Below are positions 9,610 to 12,935 of a DNA stretch of 12,935 nucleotides, in pieces. Source of the stretch: a virus. Its lineage: Duplodnaviria > Heunggongvirae > Uroviricota > Caudoviricetes. The notes beneath the pieces are model-generated. The model saw nothing but the letters and a program-made list of their open reading frames with translations. It did not search any database and was not told where the DNA came from. The stretch is taken from IMG/VR virus record IMGVR_UViG_2579779007_000003. One strand, 5' to 3'. How positions within the stretch are numbered: position 1 is the stretch's first letter; each line of letters starts with the position of its first letter. The position numbers and the translations under genes are program-made.

Positions 9610-10203
9610 GTGCTGATTGGCTATATAAGGGTATCAACAAATGACCAGAATACAGACCTGCAACGAAACGCTCTTGTTTGTGCAGGATGTGAACAAATAT
9701 TTGAAGATAAATTAAGCGGGACAAAGACAGACCGACCGGGATTAAAACGCGCTTTAAAGCGCCTTCAAAAAGGTGACACGCTGGTTGTCTGGAAACTGGA
9801 TCGCCTCGGGCGAAGCATGAAACATCTGATTTCTCTCGTCGGGGAACTACGGGAGCGAGGGATTAATTTTCGCAGTCTGACCGACAGCATAGACACATCT
9901 TCTCCAATGGGGCGTTTTTTCTTCCACGTTATGGGTGCTCTGGCTGAAATGGAACGAGAACTAATTATCGAGCGAACGATGGCTGGACTTGCTGCCGCCA
10001 GAAATAAAGGCCGTATTAGTGGGCGACCACCTAAACTAACCAAAGCAGAGTGGGAGCAGGCCGGGCGTTTATTAGCACAAGGAATCCCCCGCAAGCAGGT
10101 CGCATTGATCTACGATGTGGCCCTCTCAACTCTGTATAAAAAACACCCTGCGAAACGAACGCATATAGAAAACGACGATCGAATCAATCAAATCGATCGG
10201 TAA
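9610..10203 (+). CDS. gin: Serine recombinase / DNA invertase, Gin/Hin/Cin/Pin family
   Basis: 197-aa ORF starting at GTG 9610 with GGGAG upstream. The N-terminus MLIGYIRVSTNDQNTDLQ carries the catalytic serine motif, and the C-terminus has a helix-turn-helix region. It lies immediately right of the invertible segment. The recombinational enhancer is known to lie within the 5' part of gin in this family; it was not mapped here. Confidence 0.9.
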   Translation: MLIGYIRVSTNDQNTDLQRNALVCAGCEQIFEDKLSGTKTDRPGLKRALKRLQKGDTLVVWKLDRLGRSMKHLISLVGELRERGINFRSLTDSIDTSSPMGRFFFHVMGALAEMERELIIERTMAGLAAARNKGRISGRPPKLTKAEWEQAGRLLAQGIPRKQVALIYDVALSTLYKKHPAKRTHIENDDRINQIDR

Positions 10204-10211
10204 TACAGATC
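10177..10211. promoter_or_regulatory. Cluster of three GATC (Dam) sites upstream of the com-mom promoter
   Basis: GATC at 10177-10180, 10195-10198 and 10208-10211, all within 35 bp at the 3' end of gin. This matches the known Dam-methylation-dependent control region of the Mu mom operon. Confidence 0.7.
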
Positions 10212-10285
10212 GATTATGCCCTAATAACCACACTTAACCCACGATGTTTTTTAAGATAGTGGCGAATTGATGCAAAGGAGGTGAG
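10212..10285 (+). promoter_or_regulatory. Candidate mom-operon promoter region
   Basis: Contains a TTAT-N6-ATAA dyad (10214-10227), a T6 run (10247-10252) next to -10-like hexamers (TAAGAT or GATAGT, 10252-10260), and AGGAGG (10276-10281) before the com ATG. The exact -35 and -10 elements and the transcription start are not resolved. Confidence 0.45.
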
Positions 10286-10474
10286 ATGAAATCAATTCGC
10301 TGTAAAAACTGCAACAAACTGTTATTTAAGGCGGATTCCTTTGTTCACATTGAAATCAGGTGTCCGCGTTGCAAACGTCACATCATAATGCTGAATGCCT
10401 GCGAGCATCCCACGGAGAAACATTGTGGGAAAAGAGAAGAAATCACGCATTCTGACGAAACCGTGCGTTATTGA
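10286..10474 (+). CDS. com: Com, zinc-finger translational activator of mom
   Basis: 62-aa [38 protein letters not shown] with CxxC-(17)-CxxC zinc-binding spacing and a strong RBS. It is near-identical to Mu Com as I recall it, and is followed by the overlapping mom gene. Confidence 0.9.
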   Translation: MKSIRCKNCNKLLFKADSFVHIEIRCPRCKRHIIMLNACEHPTEKHCGKREEITHSDETVRY

Positions 10475-11132
10475 GTATGAAGGCCAGATTGTTGGCTATG
10501 GTTCAAAGGAGCTGCGCGTTGAAACCATATCCTGCTGGCTAGCCCGCACAATTATTCAGACAAAGCACTATTCCCGCCGTTTTGTGAATAACTCTTACCT
10601 TCACCTGGGGGTATTCAGCGGACGCGATCTGGTTGGCGTTCTCCAGTGGGGATATGCCCTTAACCCCAACTCAGGTCGTCGTGTCGTGCTTGAAACGGAT
10701 AACCGGGGCTATATGGAGTTGAACCGCATGTGGCTACACGACGACATGCCCCGCAACTCTGAATCACGGGCCATTAGCTACGCGCTGAAAGTTATCAGAT
10801 TACTGTATCCGTCAGTGGAGTGGGTTCAGTCCTTTGCTGACGAACGCTGCGGACGCGCAGGCGTTGTGTATCAGGCGTCGAATTTTGATTTTATTGGCAG
10901 CCATGAAAGCACGTTCTACGAGCTGGATGGTGAGTGGTATCACGAGATAACGATGAACGCGATTAAGCGAGGTGGACAACGAGGCGTGTATTTACGGGCT
11001 AATAAAGAGCGTGCCGTGGTGCACAAATTTAATCAGTATCGCTACATCAGATTCCTGAACAAGCGAGCAAGGAAGCGGCTAAATACCAAGCTATTTAGGG
11101 TTCAGCCGTACCCTAAAAGCACTCCCGATTAG
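10395..11132 (+). CDS. mom: Mom DNA-modification protein (adenine modification, anti-restriction)
   Basis: Longest ORF in this frame (245 aa), overlapping the 3' end of com and ending at TAG 11130-11132. The true start is uncertain: in-frame candidates are ATG 10395 and GTG 10425, and there is no in-frame ATG after the com stop. Assigned from the Gin-Com-Mom order and my recollection of Mu Mom. Confidence 0.8.
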   Translation: MPASIPRRNIVGKEKKSRILTKPCVIEYEGQIVGYGSKELRVETISCWLARTIIQTKHYSRRFVNNSYLHLGVFSGRDLVGVLQWGYALNPNSGRRVVLETDNRGYMELNRMWLHDDMPRNSESRAISYALKVIRLLYPSVEWVQSFADERCGRAGVVYQASNFDFIGSHESTFYELDGEWYHEITMNAIKRGGQRGVYLRANKERAVVHKFNQYRYIRFLNKRARKRLNTKLFRVQPYPKSTPD

Positions 11133-11215
11133 TATCAAATAATTTTTCGTTGTGCCGTTTTGGGTGGTATCAAAAAAAATCCAAAACGGTATCAAATGAT
11201 TTTGCGCGCTTTATG
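11133..11215. other. Element terminus / junction region between the Mu-like segment and the lambdoid stf
   Basis: 83 bp between the mom stop and the stf divergence point. It contains three direct copies of GTATCAAA (11132-11139, 11167-11174, 11189-11196) and TTTTTCGTTGTGCCGTTTTG (11143-11162). I could not recognise canonical Mu R1/R2 transposase-binding sites here. Confidence 0.4.
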
Positions 11216-12754
11216 AACTATCCCTTTCTGTGCTGTCGTTGCATCCTGTGCGGTGTATTTCCCGTTAGCCAGGTCATACGCGGCCTTAACTGCTTTTGGC
11301 GTTGCCGCCAGTGACTCGGAAGTGCTGTTAGTCGCACTGCTGAGCTGTACTATCCCCTTTTTCGTCGTGCTCGCATCCTCAAGCGCCACGGCGGATGCAA
11401 TATCCTCTGCCCGTTTTGCCGCTGTCTCAGCGCGCGTTGCTGCGGATTCTGCCGTACTTTTGCTCTGTGCTGCCGCTGCCGCACTGCCAGCTGCCTCTGT
11501 CGCCTTCGTGGATGCTGTCGTGGCGCTGCCCTTCGCTGCTGACGCCTGTCTGGTCGCCTCATCTTTTGAAGCAGACGCCGATGATGCCGATGACGCCGCC
11601 GAACTGGCGGACGATGCGGCAGCCGTTTTTGAGGATTCTGCGTTGGTTTCCGACGCTTTCGCGTTCGTTTCGGATGTCTTCGCTGCGGAAGCAGACCTCG
11701 CTGCTGCGCTGGCCTGTTCAGTGGCTTCGCCAGCCTTCGTTGTGGCTGTTGAAGCGGATGATGCGGCGCTTTCTGCCGATTTTCCGGCGGCGGTGGCACT
11801 GGCTGAGGCCTGCCCGGCACTTGTTGACGCGGCACTGGCCGACGACACAGCCGCTGTTTTTGAGCCTGCTGCTGCGGAGGCACTCTGTGCTGCTGCCGTT
11901 TCAGAGGACTTGGCGTTTGTCTCAGACGTCTTTGCCGCCTTCGCGGAATTTCCTGCCGCCGTTGCCGAGGAAGCTGCACTACTGGCGCTTGATGATGCGT
12001 TCGTTTCTGATGATTTCGCCGCCTCTTTTGAGGCCGCCGCATCCCGGGCTGAGGTGGCAGCTTCTGACGCTTTCGTGGTCGCGGTGGATGCAGAAGTGGC
12101 TGCTGATTGTTGTGACGCTGCGGCATTCGTTTCTGACGTTTTCGCGGCACTGGCACTGGTAGCTGCCGCGCTTTTTGAGGACTCTGCAGCAGCAGCACTT
12201 TTCGATGCTTCACTGGCCTTTGTTGATGCCGTTCCTGCGCTGGAAGACGCTGACTGAGCCGACGACGCGGCCTGTCCGGCTGACGTGCTGGCTGCACGTG
12301 CTGAATCTGCAGCATCAGTCGCACGGGTTGCCGCCTCACTGGCAGATGTGCTGGCATCACTGGCTGACTTCTTTGCGGCTGCCGTGTTCTGTGCCACCAC
12401 GGACGCGTTACGCGCCACCTCTTCCACCATCAGTTCAAAACGACGCAGTGCCTCCGGACGGGCATCATCCTCCGTCATGGCACCGAGAAAATCATTCAGC
12501 GTACCGGGTTGAGAATCTTCATACACGGTGATGGTCCCGGCATGTGACGGCGGGAATCCTTCCACCAACAGAATAACGCTGTACTGACCGTACTCAACGT
12601 CCATGCTGTAACGCCCGGCTTCATCCGGATTTTCTGAGGCCAGCGTGTTCACCACCACAGTGGTACTGTTACGTTTTGCTTTCAGCTGGATTGTGCAGTT
12701 CTGTACCGGTTTTCCTGTGCCGTCTTTCAGTACACCTGAAATCTTTACTGCCAT
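11192..12754 (-). CDS. stf: Lambdoid side tail fibre protein Stf, N-terminal about 520 aa, truncated at the junction
   Basis: Starts at ATG 12752-12754 (MAVKISGVLKDGTGKPVQNCTIQLKA, the lambda Stf N-terminus) with GGGGTG upstream; the six-frame track begins 2 codons earlier at GTG. It has a long Ala/Ser/Thr-rich repeat region and the conserved KGIVQLSSATNSTSESLAATPKAVK motif. After a second QKGIV copy the frame reads HKARKII then stop (TGA at 11192-11194) instead of continuing the motif. Confidence 0.85.
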   Translation of the reverse strand: MAVKISGVLKDGTGKPVQNCTIQLKAKRNSTTVVVNTLASENPDEAGRYSMDVEYGQYSVILLVEGFPPSHAGTITVYEDSQPGTLNDFLGAMTEDDARPEALRRFELMVEEVARNASVVAQNTAAAKKSASDASTSASEAATRATDAADSARAASTSAGQAASSAQSASSSAGTASTKASEASKSAAAAESSKSAAATSASAAKTSETNAAASQQSAATSASTATTKASEAATSARDAAASKEAAKSSETNASSSASSAASSATAAGNSAKAAKTSETNAKSSETAAAQSASAAAGSKTAAVSSASAASTSAGQASASATAAGKSAESAASSASTATTKAGEATEQASAAARSASAAKTSETNAKASETNAESSKTAAASSASSAASSASSASASKDEATRQASAAKGSATTASTKATEAAGSAAAAAQSKSTAESAATRAETAAKRAEDIASAVALEDASTTKKGIVQLSSATNSTSESLAATPKAVKAAYDLANGKYTAQDATTAQKGIVHKARKII

Positions 12755-12765
12755 ATTCACCCCAC

Positions 12766-12792
12766 AAAAAAGCCCGCCTGAACCGGCGGGCT
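12766..12792 (-). terminator. Intrinsic terminator downstream of lom (- strand)
   Basis: On the - strand: stem GCCCGCC, loop GGTTCA, stem GGCGGGC, followed by TTTTTT (plus-strand A-run 12766-12771). It lies between the lom stop and the stf RBS. Confidence 0.6.
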
Positions 12793-12818
12793 GTCATAAC
12801 ACTGTGTTACCTGGCTAA

Positions 12819-12935
12819 TCAGAATTTATAACCGACACCCACGATGAAACCGTCAGTGCGCCAGTCACCACTGCCGGAGCCTTCATAAGCAATATCAATG
12901 GCCACGGATTCGGTCGGGTTAAACTGCACGCCAGC
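12819..12935 (-). CDS. lom: Lom/Ail/PagC-family outer-membrane protein, C-terminal fragment (5' end lies outside the window)
   Basis: The - strand translation ends ...IAYEGSGSGDWRTDGFIVGVGYKF then stop (12819-12821). An aromatic-X-aromatic C-terminus is typical of beta-barrel outer-membrane proteins, and the position upstream of stf is as in lambda. Confidence 0.65.
   Translation of the reverse strand, partial: AGVQFNPTESVAIDIAYEGSGSGDWRTDGFIVGVGYKF

Larger units (their letters stand above)
1..11215 (+). mobile_element. Mu-like prophage, tail/late region through mom (left boundary outside the window; right boundary approximate)
   Basis: Collinear Mu-type module: tape measure, N, P, baseplate, S, U, invertible segment, gin, com, mom. 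The right limit is set where the convergent stf frame stops matching its own repeat motif. Confidence 0.7.
11192..12935 (-). mobile_element. Lambdoid prophage fragment (lom-stf tail-fibre region)
   Basis: lom followed by stf on the same strand reproduces the lambda J-lom-stf order. It is oriented convergently to the Mu-like module. Confidence 0.7.

Noticed and set aside
9542-9724. N-terminal 60 codons of the 477-aa - strand ORF 8291-9724
   Set aside because: This part is antisense to the 5' end of gin and lies outside the invertible segment. The biologically meaningful reading frame begins at the gixR crossover and is expressed only as a fusion to Sc after inversion.
10477-10545. ATG at 10477, just after the com stop, as the mom start
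   Set aside because: It is out of frame with the long mom ORF and its own frame stops after about 22 codons.
11133-11215. Calling canonical Mu attR (R1-R3 MuA-binding sites) here
   Set aside because: The sequence does not match the Mu end or the MuA-site consensus as I recall them, so I did not annotate transposase-binding sites. The region is reported only as an unresolved terminus.
11253-12531. Large ORFs on both strands within the stf region (11253-12257 +, 11350-12360 -, 11395-12162 +, 12175-12531 +, 12285-12512 +)
   Set aside because: They lie entirely within the GC-rich repetitive part of stf, and their translations are low-complexity (Arg/Pro/Gln-rich or Ala/Asp-rich) with no start context. 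They are frame shadows of the real - strand stf ORF.
1-12935. CRISPR arrays, tRNA or rRNA genes
   Set aside because: No regularly spaced direct repeats with unique spacers were seen, and no cloverleaf-like or rRNA-like segments. The window is densely protein-coding.

Overview
The window reads as two phage-derived segments meeting tail-to-tail. Positions 1 to about 11215 carry the right-hand late region of a Mu-like myovirus prophage on the + strand, in the classical Mu order: tape-measure C-terminus, N-like and P-like tail proteins, baseplate genes, tail fibre S and assembly protein U, an invertible G-type segment (U' and Sv' on the - strand, flanked by inverted gix-like sites), the Gin-family invertase, and the com-mom DNA-modification operon with a cluster of three GATC sites upstream. 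Positions 11192 to 12935 carry, on the - strand, a lambdoid side-tail-fibre gene (stf) whose 3' part is missing and whose frame diverges at about 11215, preceded by a terminator and the 3' end of a lom-like outer-membrane protein gene. The canonical Mu right-end sequence, as I recall it, is not recognisable in the 83 bp between the mom stop and the junction, so the element may be a divergent Mu relative or a rearranged end. No rRNA, tRNA or CRISPR was seen. All product calls rest on my reading of the translated ORFs and on gene order; no database search was run.
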